Counted from the first letter of the stretch, positions 46,515 to 56,759 are shown. The stretch: DNA of 64,000 nt from Candidatus Peribacteria bacterium (GCA_023245765.1 JAHFJP010000001.1:8190-72189); one strand, 5' to 3'. Notes: generated by a model not told the origin, from the letters alone. Translations and numbers: made by a program.

Positions 46515-48797
46515 ATGCGCCTCGTCCAAGTCGCAAAAATCTTAGGCATGACAGGACAGGAACTCCGCCACGAGCTCACGCAGGTGAACTTCGGCGTCAA
46601 GCCGACGGACCGTGAGGTGCCCGAGTCGCTCGCCAAGGGCATCATCCGGTTTGTCGCACAGAAGAAGGGCCTCACGATTGATCTGGAGAATATCGGTCTG
46701 ATGAAGGATGACGGTGAGGAGGAATCGTCCGATGAATCGTCCGCGTCCGCCCAGGAGGCTGCGCCAGCCCAGGCGGCAGCAGCTCAGCCCGCGGCGCCCA
46801 CCGGTGTTGCTCCCCGCACGGGAGGCGGTGACAGCTTCACCGTCATGCGCAAGCTGACGCTGGAAGACGTTCCCAAGGAAGCGATTGCGCGGCAGGAGCA
46901 GCAGCTGAAGAAGCTCACCAAAGAGGAGCGCGAAGAGCAGGCACGTGAGCAGCGCAAGACGGCCGCGCTCGCACGATCAAAAACCTCTGCGGCGCAGCGC
47001 GACCAGGAACAGATCAAGAGCAAGGAAGGTCCGGTGACGATTCCCGACATGATCACGGTAAAGGAGCTCAGCGAAAAAATGGGCGTTCAAGTTCCCAAGG
47101 TCATCGCGGCGCTCATGAAGAACGGCGTGATGGCGACGATCACGCAATCGATCGATTTCGATACGGCGGCGATTGTCGCAACCGAGCTCGGCGTCACGTT
47201 GGAGCGTGAGGAGCGCAGCGCCACGGCCGAGCAATTGATTGCGCGCAACCTCAAGGAACTCATCAAGGATGACCAGGAGAACTTGAGCCCACGCCCGCCC
47301 ATCGTCGTGGTGATGGGCCATGTCGATCACGGAAAAACCGCGCTCCTCGATGCCATCCGCTCAACCGACGTCGTCTCGCAGGAGGCCGGCGGCATCACCC
47401 AGCACATCGGCGCGTATCAGGTGGAGCACGAATCGTCCCTCGTCGGCCGCCGCGCGATCACGTTCCTCGATACGCCGGGCCACGAAGCGTTTACCGCAAT
47501 GCGCGCACGGGGGGCCCAGGTGACCGACATCGTCATTCTGGTTGTTTCCGCGGAGGAAGGCGTCAAGCCGACGACGATCGAAGCCATCGACCATGCCAAG
47601 GACGCCGGCGTGCCGATCCTCGTCGCGCTCACAAAGATCGACAAGGAACGGGCCGATCTCGATCGTGTCAAAGGCGAACTGGCCGCGCACGAGCTCCAGC
47701 CGGAGGAATGGGGCGGCAAGACGCCGATGGTGCCGTGTTCGGCGGTCACCAAACAGGGCATTCCCGATCTGCTCGATCATCTGCTGCTCATGGCTGACGA
47801 ACTCAAGCTCACCGCAAATCCCAATCGCTCGGCTATCGCAACCGTCATCGAAAGTCATCTGGATACCTCCATGGGGCCGCTCGCGACGGTGATCGTGAAT
47901 ACCGGGACGCTGCGTGTGGGTGATATTTGCGTCTGCGGCAAGATCACGGGGAGAGTGAAAGCACTGATCGACGCGCATGGAAAACGGCTCAACGAAGTTC
48001 GCCCTTCCGGTGCCGCGCGGATGTCAGGGCTCGAGAGTGTGCCGACCGTCGGCGATATTCTGCAGATCGTCGCATCCGACCGGGAAGCGCGTGGGCTCCA
48101 GGAAGCGTTCAGCGAGCATGCGGGCCGGGTGCAGAAGCACACCTTCGCCGATCTCGTCTCGCGCCTGAGTGCCGGCAAACTCAAGCAGCTCAAAGTCGTG
48201 CTCAAAGTCGATACCCAGGGCTCTCTTGAGGCCATCAAAGAAGCGCTCAGCAAGCTCGCCACGCCGGACCGCGATGTCACGGTGAAAGTGATTCACGGAG
48301 CGATCGGCGCCGTCTCCGAGAGTGATGTGATGATGGCCTCGGCGAGCGAAGGCATCGTCCTCTCGTTCCACGTACCCGTGCCGCCGGACGTCAACCGCAC
48401 CGCCGAACGCGAGGGCGTCAAAATCCGCCAGTATGAGATCCTCTACGAAATGCTCGACGAGGTCGAAAAACTCCTCAAGGGCCTGGTCGAACCGGTGGAA
48501 GAAGAGAAGATCCTCGGCCATCTGGAGGTCCGCGGTATCTTCCTCAACAAGAAGAGCGAGCAGATCATCGGCGGCAAGGTGACCGACGGCATCCTCAAGC
48601 GCGTGACGTTTCGGCTCATCAGAGAAGAGGCAGTGGTCGGCACCGGCCGCATCACCTCGCTCAAGCACGTCGACAAAGACATCAAGGAAGCCAAAGAGGG
48701 CCAGGAGTGCGGCATGCGTGTCGAAAGCACCGTCCCCGTGCAGGAGGGGGATAGATTGGAGGCGTACGTGCGAGAGCTCAAGCGCAAAGAGGAGTAA
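46515..48797 (+). CDS. infB: Translation initiation factor IF-2
   Basis: [26 protein letters not shown] and [15 protein letters not shown]. Confidence 0.98.
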   Translation: MRLVQVAKILGMTGQELRHELTQVNFGVKPTDREVPESLAKGIIRFVAQKKGLTIDLENIGLMKDDGEEESSDESSASAQEAAPAQAAAAQPAAPTGVAPRTGGGDSFTVMRKLTLEDVPKEAIARQEQQLKKLTKEEREEQAREQRKTAALARSKTSAAQRDQEQIKSKEGPVTIPDMITVKELSEKMGVQVPKVIAALMKNGVMATITQSIDFDTAAIVATELGVTLEREERSATAEQLIARNLKELIKDDQENLSPRPPIVVVMGHVDHGKTALLDAIRSTDVVSQEAGGITQHIGAYQVEHESSLVGRRAITFLDTPGHEAFTAMRARGAQVTDIVILVVSAEEGVKPTTIEAIDHAKDAGVPILVALTKIDKERADLDRVKGELAAHELQPEEWGGKTPMVPCSAVTKQGIPDLLDHLLLMADELKLTANPNRSAIATVIESHLDTSMGPLATVIVNTGTLRVGDICVCGKITGRVKALIDAHGKRLNEVRPSGAARMSGLESVPTVGDILQIVASDREARGLQEAFSEHAGRVQKHTFADLVSRLSAGKLKQLKVVLKVDTQGSLEAIKEALSKLATPDRDVTVKVIHGAIGAVSESDVMMASASEGIVLSFHVPVPPDVNRTAEREGVKIRQYEILYEMLDEVEKLLKGLVEPVEEEKILGHLEVRGIFLNKKSEQIIGGKVTDGILKRVTFRLIREEAVVGTGRITSLKHVDKDIKEAKEGQECGMRVESTVPVQEGDRLEAYVRELKRKEE

Positions 48798-48801
48798 CCA
48801 G

Positions 48802-48820
48802 CGCACGTCTTCGACGTGCG
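48802..48820. terminator. Hairpin between convergent genes
   Basis: CGCACGTC-TTC-GACGTGCG. Confidence 0.5.
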
Positions 48821-48837
48821 GTGAATGACATCATTTT

Positions 48838-50013
48838 TCAGACAACCGTCACCCCCGGTCGCGGTACGGGCGCTCCACCCGGCCCCGGCGGTCCCTGAAT
48901 GTGCCCCAGCACTGCGCGCTGGGCAAAGGGCATCGTTGCATGATTGAGTTCATTGGCGAAGTTCCGAAAATCCGTGCCGAGGCCACCGTCGGTATCGAGC
49001 ATCTCCTGGATGCGCGGCTGAATCCTCGACGGTGCGAATCCGAGGATCGCCGCATGCTGGTCTTTGAGCTGCTGTTCATCGCGATTGCGGTGCGTGGGGT
49101 TGAGGTGATTGCTCCCGTTCATGTAGGCGAGCAGGAGCTGATTATTATCTCGGCGTGCCTCGTAGTAGTCACGGACGAAGGCCATCCAGTCGGGTCCACG
49201 AATGTTGTAGCGGTTACGCAGATCGCGAAACGCGGTTCCCCGGAGGAAGTCCAGCTGGGTACCGATGCGGTCTGCTCCGCTCTGCGTGAGCCGGTCGTAG
49301 CCCATGATTGCCGCCGTCGCGACGCCGTAGGCCAATGGAAGCGTCCAGTTCGCTTCCTCGTCCTTCGCAAAGAACGCGAGGAGGCTCGTGCCGATCACGC
49401 CGGCCGCTCCGGCAATAGCAAGGCCCGTCTGGAGGAGCTGCCCCTCGCGCGTGCGGCCCGTGGGCTGGCTCGTTTCGTAGACGGGATCGGGCATAATCAG
49501 CGACGGATGTGGCGGCTCCACTGCCTGTGCGTACGCAGAAAACACGTTTTCAATGTTCGTGACAGCGGTCGCAAACCCCGCATCTTCCGGAGAATTGCGC
49601 GACGCGTTTGCGAGTGTGCGTAGTTGCTGTAGCTCCGGCCGGATGCTCCTGGTGAGTCGTACCATTGCGACGGGATCGCCGGTACTTTCCGTGGGGGGCG
49701 TGGTCGAACGATCGCGAACCGTGCGCTCCGCGGCGCGCTTGAGTCCACTCAGGTGATTCGTCCATCGCATCTGGACGGTCGGTTCCAGCTGGCCGAGCGT
49801 TCCTTCGGCAATGGCGAGGCTGGCGGCAAGCTGCGGATTGGCCATGCGCTTCTGTGCGCCGGTGATCCAGTCTCGGAGTGTTTTCTCCATCCGTTGCAGC
49901 TCAATCTCGGATTGCATGCCTGCAAGCTTGTTGCGGGTCTCGCTGCGGATCGCACGCATTTTGACTCCCTCCTGGAAGTTCTGTTTATCCGGTGATTGTC
50001 CAAGACCGCTCAT
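48838..50013 (-). CDS. Hypothetical protein with central two-TM hairpin
   Basis: 391-aa ORF, co-oriented downstream of the VirB6-like gene. Confidence 0.7.
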   Translation of the reverse strand: MSGLGQSPDKQNFQEGVKMRAIRSETRNKLAGMQSEIELQRMEKTLRDWITGAQKRMANPQLAASLAIAEGTLGQLEPTVQMRWTNHLSGLKRAAERTVRDRSTTPPTESTGDPVAMVRLTRSIRPELQQLRTLANASRNSPEDAGFATAVTNIENVFSAYAQAVEPPHPSLIMPDPVYETSQPTGRTREGQLLQTGLAIAGAAGVIGTSLLAFFAKDEEANWTLPLAYGVATAAIMGYDRLTQSGADRIGTQLDFLRGTAFRDLRNRYNIRGPDWMAFVRDYYEARRDNNQLLLAYMNGSNHLNPTHRNRDEQQLKDQHAAILGFAPSRIQPRIQEMLDTDGGLGTDFRNFANELNHATMPFAQRAVLGHIQGPPGPGGAPVPRPGVTVV

Positions 50014-50046
50014 AGGGGAGATGAATTAGGAAGAATCAAAAGTGCA

Positions 50047-51960
50047 TCAGGGCGGGGGCGGGGGTGCAGGCGGGGTCGGTGCGGGTGCGGGAGGTGTGGC
50101 GCCCGGCGTGAAGTTGCCAATGTTGTTCTGCCGGCGCGTATCGGTGAGGAACTTCTGCAGTTGATCGTGGCGTGCCCGGTCGATTCTTCCCGCATTGAGC
50201 AGGTGTGTGACGATCTGGCTGTCGGTCTGGTTGTTGAGTGTCGAGAATTGCGATCGTAGTTGCGTAAAGCCCGTGTTGAGCTGTGCGTGGGCATTGGCGT
50301 TGTTTGCTCCGGGGTTGGTGAGCGCCTGCGTAAAGTTCGTTTCGTTGATGTTGGTGACGAACTTCTGATTGTTGTTGATTTGTTTGATCGCCGCGTCGTT
50401 TGCCGGCCCTCCCTGCAGACGCGCTGTTCTGCCGAAGGTACCACGGTCGAGGCGTCCGGTCGCTTCCAGATCCTGACGGATAGCCCGCGGGTCGATGCCG
50501 CGGAGTCCCTGCTGGATCGACATGAATTCCTGTTTGCCTTCGGCGTTTCTGCGGCCCGGCACGGGGATCAGTGGCAAGCTCATCGGCCACTGAGCGGCGA
50601 TCGAACCAAGACTGGAACCAATGCCCTGGATGCGTTCGGTGAAGTGACCCATGAAGCCCGCCTTGTCGGCCTTGAGCGCGTCGAAGCTGTACTTCCAGAT
50701 GATGAAGAGCGCGATGCCCATCCACAAAAACTGCCACATGTCGCGAATACCAACAAAAACAGGAAGAATCGGGAAGTTGCCCAGGTTATCCGGTGGCGGC
50801 AATTGCGCGCCGGCGTTGAGCATGATGAAGCCGATGACAAACGGCACGGCGACTTTTGCGGGCAGGAAGACGGCCTGCAAAAAGTGCTCCTGCCATTTCC
50901 AGAAGAGATCGCCGTATTCGCCCTCGCGGAGCTTGGGGAACGCGAATCCCAGCGCCACCAGCGGCATAAAGGCGATACTGACCCAGATCACCGGGATCCG
51001 GATGAAGAATGCCGCCGCCATGGCGAGCAGCGGAAAGACGATCGCGATCTGGATGATCAGCACGAAGACCAGCTTGATCAAGGTCCCGGAGAGCCGCATG
51101 AACGTTGTCGTGAGCCGCTCCCCTGGTCGCTCACTCACTTCAAATGCCGCCGGCTGAATCTGTCCGAGCCACTGCAGCCGCGCGTGGTTCACCACAAGGC
51201 CCTGGAAGATCTTCGTCGGCAGGCGTACCTGTGCGTCGGCCTCGTTGATCGGCACTTTCTGGACGCAGACAAGGCCCCGCATGGGGCAACGCCAACCGGT
51301 TGAACCGTCTCTGGTATCACGGAAGCTCCCGTCTGGTTCGGCGACCGTCCCGATGCGGTCCGCTTCGCTGAGGAAGCGGAACTGTGTCACGATTTCGCAC
51401 CGTCGTGGCTCCGTATCACCGGGCTGTGCCGGCATCACGCAGTTATCGGCACCGAGCAGAGAGGGGAGCTGGTAGATGGTGTACGTGAGGACCTGGGACG
51501 CATCGAAGATCACGCGTGGGATGAACCACGAGAAGTTCACGAGGACGAGTCCGATGACGAACTTAAAGAGATGCTCCTTCATCTTCGTGCCGTCGGCGGT
51601 GACAATCATGATCACCGCGCCGATGATGAGCGCGAGAGCGAAGCCCAGGTTTACGAGATCGCGCGTAAACTGCCATATTTCACGCAGCATGTTGACGAGG
51701 TTCATGTTGAGCTCGCCGTTACTCTGCATGTTCATGCCGAACATGAACTGCGGGTCCATGAGCAGCTCGAGGACGGAGAGCAAGAACCAGGAGAGGAATT
51801 GCAGAACCGAAAAGAGCACCGCAGCAATCTGCGTCGCACCCGAGACTGTCGATGTCGAGAGGCTCGGCGTCTGGGCAAAAACCGGGTGGGGAAGAATCAC
51901 ACAGAAAACCGCAATAACGACCAGGGAAAGTAGGCCTCTGAGGAGTTTTCGGGCAGACAT
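50047..51960 (-). CDS. CPR polytopic membrane protein (TrbL/VirB6-like)
   Basis: Signal ending VFAQ, W...RDLVN..F, LVNFSWFI.R..D, IRI..IW.....PL and W...F...F.P. Confidence 0.7.
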   Translation of the reverse strand: MSARKLLRGLLSLVVIAVFCVILPHPVFAQTPSLSTSTVSGATQIAAVLFSVLQFLSWFLLSVLELLMDPQFMFGMNMQSNGELNMNLVNMLREIWQFTRDLVNLGFALALIIGAVIMIVTADGTKMKEHLFKFVIGLVLVNFSWFIPRVIFDASQVLTYTIYQLPSLLGADNCVMPAQPGDTEPRRCEIVTQFRFLSEADRIGTVAEPDGSFRDTRDGSTGWRCPMRGLVCVQKVPINEADAQVRLPTKIFQGLVVNHARLQWLGQIQPAAFEVSERPGERLTTTFMRLSGTLIKLVFVLIIQIAIVFPLLAMAAAFFIRIPVIWVSIAFMPLVALGFAFPKLREGEYGDLFWKWQEHFLQAVFLPAKVAVPFVIGFIMLNAGAQLPPPDNLGNFPILPVFVGIRDMWQFLWMGIALFIIWKYSFDALKADKAGFMGHFTERIQGIGSSLGSIAAQWPMSLPLIPVPGRRNAEGKQEFMSIQQGLRGIDPRAIRQDLEATGRLDRGTFGRTARLQGGPANDAAIKQINNNQKFVTNINETNFTQALTNPGANNANAHAQLNTGFTQLRSQFSTLNNQTDSQIVTHLLNAGRIDRARHDQLQKFLTDTRRQNNIGNFTPGATPPAPAPTPPAPPPPP

Positions 51961-52124
51961 AAATCCAAGAAGTATACCAGTTTTTCGTGTTCTTTGCCAT
52001 CTACAGTTGGAGCATCAGGATGCGCAAAGATGCAGTTTTTTTCAGAGAAATGCCGATCGTGTGAATAGGGTGGGGAGAGGACTAGTACGGCGCCATAATT
52101 AGGAAATTTCGTGACTCTATTTTG

Positions 52125-52254
52125 TGTTCAACAATGATGAATAAATTTAACAAAAATGATCATATTAAGCTATTTGAAGCCAAAATATGTGAATAATATA
52201 TATGTTCATTATGTCGTATACTTTTCTTGCGCTATCCATGTACTCATGAGTACT
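52125..52254. promoter_or_regulatory. AT-rich promoter region with operator-like palindromes
   Basis: TGTTCA-N7-TGAATA (52125..52143) and GTACTCATGAGTAC (52240..52253). Confidence 0.5.
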
Positions 52255-52267
52255 GTTTGTGATCAGC

Positions 52268-52855
52268 ATGTCCTCATCCACTCTCAAAGCACTGTTTTCG
52301 TCGCAGACGCGGGTCAAACTGCTCTCGACGTTCCTGCTCCATCCGGATAGTGAATATTTCATCCGTGAGCTCACACGACTCCTCGGCGAGCAAATTAACT
52401 CCATCCGTCGTGAACTCGAAAATCTCCGCCGCGTGGGACTCGTGAAGGCACGGCATCGCAACCGCAAGAAGTACTACCGCGTCGATACCGAGTTTCCGCT
52501 CTACCAGGATCTGCGCAATCTCTTCAGCAAGGAGGTACAGGCCGAAAGCCCGATCGTTGCGAGTCTCAAGAACATGCCGAATATTGCACTGATCGTCCTC
52601 GCGGGATCCTTTGCAGGGACCGAGAGCAAGGTCGATCTGCTCATCGTCGGTACGGTCAAAAAGGAACTCATCGAAGCGCTGCTGCTCCAGGATCCGGAGA
52701 TGAAACACGTGAAGTATTCGATTTTCCCGGAGGCGGACTTCCTCTACCGCCTGAGCCTGAAGGACCGCTTCATTCTCGAGATTCTCAACGATCCCCGGCA
52801 TATCACGGTGCTGAATACGATTGGCGAGAAGATCGCAGAGGCGCAGGGAAAATAG
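52268..52855 (+). CDS. Winged-helix transcriptional regulator with nucleotidyltransferase-like C-terminal domain
   Basis: LFSS.TRVKLL..F...Y.IREL.R...EQINSIRREL.NL and VDLLIVG. Confidence 0.8.
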   Translation: MSSSTLKALFSSQTRVKLLSTFLLHPDSEYFIRELTRLLGEQINSIRRELENLRRVGLVKARHRNRKKYYRVDTEFPLYQDLRNLFSKEVQAESPIVASLKNMPNIALIVLAGSFAGTESKVDLLIVGTVKKELIEALLLQDPEMKHVKYSIFPEADFLYRLSLKDRFILEILNDPRHITVLNTIGEKIAEAQGK

Positions 52856-52953
52856 GAGGGCTGCGAAGGGTAAAAAGGGTTGAGAGGGTTGAGAGGATTT
52901 TGGGTTTTTCCTTTTCCGCCCTCTTTACCGTCGTAGCCCTCGCTCGCCCTCCT
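52854..52953. repeat. ~9-bp period AGGG-core inverted array
   Basis: gagggctgc gaagggtaa aaagggttg agagggttg ... ccctcttta ccgtcgtag ccctcgctcg ccctcc. Confidence 0.65.
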
Positions 52954-52991
52954 CTTGCGGCTACCGAAAACTCGTGTAACCTGTTCCGGCT

Positions 52992-53441
52992 ATGACTTCG
53001 CAATTGCTTCATACGCAGGCCAAGAAATACCTCCGCAAAGTCCCTGACGTTGCGCCGGGCAACACCGTGCGTGTGCATGAGCGGGTCAAGGAAGGCGAAA
53101 AAGAGCGGACCCAGATCTTCGAAGGACTGATCATCGGCATTCATCGCGGTCACTCGCAAACCGACGCGTCCTTTACCGTGCGCCGGATCGTCTCGGGCGT
53201 GGGTGTCGAAAAGGTCTTCCCGATGCATTCGCCGGTCGTAGAGAAGATCGAGGTGAAGAAAATTGCGAAGGTTCGCCGCGCGCGCCTCAACTTCCTCCGC
53301 GGTCGAAAGGGCAAAGCGGCGAGGATGAGTGAGCGGTTCACGACCTCAGAAGAGTTCGGTCAGGCAGTGGCGGATGAGCCGGTTGTTGCAAAAGAAGAAG
53401 TGAAGGCAGAGGCCGAAGTGGTCGCGGAAAAGAAGGCGTAG
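52992..53441 (+). CDS. rplS: 50S ribosomal protein L19
   Basis: PGNTVRV..EG.KERTQIFEG, FTVRRI.SGVGVEK.FP and VRRARL.FLR. Confidence 0.97.
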   Translation: MTSQLLHTQAKKYLRKVPDVAPGNTVRVHERVKEGEKERTQIFEGLIIGIHRGHSQTDASFTVRRIVSGVGVEKVFPMHSPVVEKIEVKKIAKVRRARLNFLRGRKGKAARMSERFTTSEEFGQAVADEPVVAKEEVKAEAEVVAEKKA

Positions 53442-53450
53442 TTTAGCGCT

Positions 53451-54098
53451 TCAGTATCCCAGGATTTCCATCAGATCTTCAATTTTGTCGATCACGAAAT
53501 CTGCCCCCACAGTCGCTCCTTCAGGAGTTTCTTTTGTCGTCAGAAGACAGGCGGACATATGAGCGCGTTTCGCCGCCTGAACATCAACATGTTGATCGCC
53601 GACATACATGCATGCTGTGGGCGCGATGCCGATGCGCTCCGCAAGCAACAAGAGGCCATACGGATCGGGCTTCATCTTCGTTCCCGTGTCATCGCGCGTC
53701 ACGATGGTCGCGAAGAGTGATGAGAGGTGGAGTCGTTCGTCCATTGCGTCAACGAAGCGCCGTCGCGATCCCGTCATCATGCCGAGCGGTCCGAGTGCTG
53801 CGCAGCGTTGCAGTGTCTTCTGTGCTCCTCCGGTCCACTGCACGTGTTCACGCAGGAGGCTGGCAAAACGGTTATCACGATCATGATAAAAGTGCTCGTT
53901 CTCCTGAGGGTCGGCTCCGCATTGTTCAAGGATGCCTTCGTAGTGCAGGCCGGCGTGATAGAAGTCCGTGAGGAACCTCTCGGCGTCCATGACGACGCCC
54001 AGCGGTGCCAATGCCCGGAGATTCGCCTTTATCCACAGCGGCACGCTATCGACCAGCGTTCCATCAAGATCGAAGAGAATCGCTTTCGGTTGGGGCAT
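53451..54098 (-). CDS. HAD family phosphatase
   Basis: FDLDGTLVDS, KPDP and YVGD...D. Confidence 0.9.
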   Translation of the reverse strand: MPQPKAILFDLDGTLVDSVPLWIKANLRALAPLGVVMDAERFLTDFYHAGLHYEGILEQCGADPQENEHFYHDRDNRFASLLREHVQWTGGAQKTLQRCAALGPLGMMTGSRRRFVDAMDERLHLSSLFATIVTRDDTGTKMKPDPYGLLLLAERIGIAPTACMYVGDQHVDVQAAKRAHMSACLLTTKETPEGATVGADFVIDKIEDLMEILGY

Positions 54099-54134
54099 GC
54101 GGATAGTGTAGCGCTCTATGCGTATACTCTCTCC

Positions 54135-55121
54135 ATGCGCTGTCTTCTCATCGGCAACTACGGCGTGGGGAACTTGGGCGACGAAGCACTCAAAGACTAT
54201 TTTCTGACGCGCTTTCCGGATATTGAATGGACGGTCCTCTCCGCGTCTCCCAGGACGTCGTCAGACGTTCCCCGGCTGCCCTTTGGCCTGCGATCACTCT
54301 TCACGCCATGGTGGAACACGCTCCGCGCGTTTAGAGCCTCTGACGCGGTCGTATTCGGCGGCGGGTCGCTCTTCACGGATGTCGAGTCTGTGTACGCGTG
54401 TATGCTCTGGTGGTGGCATGCACGAATCGCGAGATTATTCGGCAAGCCCGTCATCCTCGCATTCCAGGGTATTGGTCCATTCAAGACGAGCGTGGGGGAG
54501 TGGTGCGCGAGGGACGTCATTTCCCGGGCGGCATTCGTGTCGGTGAGGGATGAAGAGAGCGGGGAGAGAGTGAAGAAGTGGACCCGCCTTCGCCAAGGCT
54601 TCGGTGGGCAAGAAGTGGAAAGTGGAAAGTGGACGGAAGTTTTCCTGACGGCTGATCCGGTGTTGAGTCTTCTTGAAGGCTCGTCGCAGACGTCAGGTCT
54701 TGCCATTGCGCTGATTCCACGGGCGAATTCAGGTGATGACTTTTTGGCGCAGGCAATGAGCGTTGTGGAGCGCGACCCATCATCCGTGGTGATTATCTCC
54801 ATGCAGGTGGACTCGTCTGACGAGCGTTCCTTCTGTCTCTCGCTGAAGGAAGCCATCGGTGTGAGAGCAGCGATTCATGTAGTCCAATCACTCCATGAGC
54901 TTTCGGCCCAGCTCTCGCGGAGCTCACGGGTGGTCACGGCGCGGTACCATGGTGCACTCGCGGCGCTCGCTCTGGGGATCCCTGTCGATATCATTGCCCA
55001 GCATCCGGGTGACAAGCTCGATGCACTTAGGACGATTCAGGGAACCACGGGTATTGAGGAGCTGCAGCGGCTTGTACAGGATGGTGAGCGGGAATTGCTA
55101 AAATATTTAAATATGTTATAA
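54135..55121 (+). CDS. Polysaccharide pyruvyl transferase (CsaB-like)
   Basis: GNYGVGNLGDEA, GGGSLFTD, QGIGP, SVRD and RYHG. Start moved to ATG 54135. Confidence 0.88.
   Translation: MRCLLIGNYGVGNLGDEALKDYFLTRFPDIEWTVLSASPRTSSDVPRLPFGLRSLFTPWWNTLRAFRASDAVVFGGGSLFTDVESVYACMLWWWHARIARLFGKPVILAFQGIGPFKTSVGEWCARDVISRAAFVSVRDEESGERVKKWTRLRQGFGGQEVESGKWTEVFLTADPVLSLLEGSSQTSGLAIALIPRANSGDDFLAQAMSVVERDPSSVVIISMQVDSSDERSFCLSLKEAIGVRAAIHVVQSLHELSAQLSRSSRVVTARYHGALAALALGIPVDIIAQHPGDKLDALRTIQGTTGIEELQRLVQDGERELLKYLNML
54573..54633. repeat. In-frame palindromic element nested in a 7-bp AAGTGGA array
   Basis: AAGAAGTGGA-CCCGCCTTCGCCAAGGCTTCGGTGGGC-AAGAAGTGGA-AAGTGGA-AAGTGGA. Confidence 0.75.
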
Positions 55122-55131
55122 TAGCAACAAC

Positions 55132-55710
55132 ATGCACATCACTCAACGACGACTCAAATCGTTCGCCATCGCGCACGACTCGCTCCCGGCGTTCCATGCG
55201 GGCTATCTGGCCGTGACGGTGCTTATTGCAGCGCTGCTCAATGTCGGCGCATTTGCCCTGCTCATCGCTGCGCACGCTGCGCTCGATTTCGTGAAGTACC
55301 GCGAGGTGCACGGGCGGTCCTGGCACCAGACACTCCTCTCGACGTTGCGTGAAAGTCTTCTCGATCTCTTCCTGCTCTTCGGGGCACTGGTGCTTGCCGT
55401 CTACCTCCATCATGGGAGTTCGCTCATCGCGCTGAGCGGCCTCGCGCGTGCGGAAGCCTCGTTTTTCCGTGGGATTATTCTTCTCGCGCCTCGCGTCGAA
55501 ATCCTCTGGAACGGCGTGTGGATTTTTTCGAATTTCAAGCAGCACCTCTTCGTCTCTCTTGAAGCATCGGGACCATGGAAGAGATCCGAGCGGCTCTTTG
55601 TGCTGGGAGTTGCCGTTTCGCTCTTGCTGATTGCACTGTCATTCCAGTTCTTCGATACGGAGGGGGTCGTCAAGATTCTGGATAATCAACTGGTGCCGTG
55701 GAGAATCTAA
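55132..55710 (+). CDS. Membrane protein
   Basis: About 5 TM helices; TATAAT lies 9 nt upstream. Confidence 0.7.
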   Translation: MHITQRRLKSFAIAHDSLPAFHAGYLAVTVLIAALLNVGAFALLIAAHAALDFVKYREVHGRSWHQTLLSTLRESLLDLFLLFGALVLAVYLHHGSSLIALSGLARAEASFFRGIILLAPRVEILWNGVWIFSNFKQHLFVSLEASGPWKRSERLFVLGVAVSLLLIALSFQFFDTEGVVKILDNQLVPWRI

Positions 55711-56759
55711 AACGGCGGTCCATCCGGAAACAGTTGCCTCTCCACGTCCTTCACCTGCGCATACCATCGTTTGTGCTCTTCGCTGATGGTGCCGTTGCCA
55801 TACCGCTCCGCAAAATCCGCGAAGCGCTCCTCCAGGCTTACGACCGTGTCGAGCATCACGCGCTTGTCGGCGTAGAAGAGAATTTTTTGCTCGATCGTTC
55901 CATCGGCTGCCGGCGGACGCTTGAGACCATGAAAGAACACGATGGACCCGAGGACGGGGAATTCCCGCTCGCTCAGGAAGGCAGTGCAGGCTTCTTCGTG
56001 ATGCATGCCGGGGTAGCGTTTACGGACGGATTCCCACACGCTCTCATGGTCCGGGCTGTGATGGATCCCGCTGGGGTGGCCGCCCAGGCGGAAGTCGAGA
56101 AAACGGAAAAGGTCGTGCACGCGGGCTGCCCGCATGAGCGCCTGCGGCCGGATGATCCTGCCCTGGCGCATCAGATACTCCGCATATCGCCCACAGAGTG
56201 CTGCGACTGCTTCGCAGTGATCAATGATGTGCTCGGGAAGAAGAACGTCATGGCGCCATGCTGCTATTGCTTCATCGGACGGAAGTGCAGCGTCATGAAA
56301 GGCGCAGGCAACGGTTCTTGATCCCGCCGTATCTTCGGCAACATCGAGGTGAATCACATGCCCCGATGCGATCAGGCGATCCAGAGACACACGATCGGAC
56401 CATTCGATGGCGCGTATGCCGGCAAAGTGCTCCGATCCGCGCAGGAGATCTGCCGACTGTTCGGGTGTCAGCCGGTACAAATCCAGATGAATAAATTCGT
56501 TTTGCAGGGGCGATTCGCGAATCGCCCGTACAGGATTCGTGATCATATAGCGTTGTTCCAGCGCGTAGGTAGGGCTCGTCAGATTGTCCTGAATGCCCAG
56601 TGCGGATGCCAGTCCCTGGAGCAGCGTCGTCTTGCCGGCGCCGAGTTCCCCGGTCAGGGCAATCGTGACCGGACGCTCGTAGAGTGTGGATAGTAAAGAA
56701 ATGCCAATAGAACGCATTTCTAACGCGTTCTGTGCCGTTACTGTGCATTTGTCATACAT
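55707..56759 (-). CDS. tsaE: TsaE (t6A ATPase) fused to a C-terminal HD domain
   Basis: GELGAGKTT, SPTY, HLDLYRL and IEW, then HCEAV...VHDL...HHEE...HG...YADKR. Confidence 0.85.
   Translation of the reverse strand: MYDKCTVTAQNALEMRSIGISLLSTLYERPVTIALTGELGAGKTTLLQGLASALGIQDNLTSPTYALEQRYMITNPVRAIRESPLQNEFIHLDLYRLTPEQSADLLRGSEHFAGIRAIEWSDRVSLDRLIASGHVIHLDVAEDTAGSRTVACAFHDAALPSDEAIAAWRHDVLLPEHIIDHCEAVAALCGRYAEYLMRQGRIIRPQALMRAARVHDLFRFLDFRLGGHPSGIHHSPDHESVWESVRKRYPGMHHEEACTAFLSEREFPVLGSIVFFHGLKRPPAADGTIEQKILFYADKRVMLDTVVSLEERFADFAERYGNGTISEEHKRWYAQVKDVERQLFPDGPPF
56503..56532. repeat. REP-like palindrome inside tsaE
   Basis: Perfect 20-bp GGGCGATTCGCGAATCGCCC with TGCAG/GTACA flanks. Confidence 0.8.
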
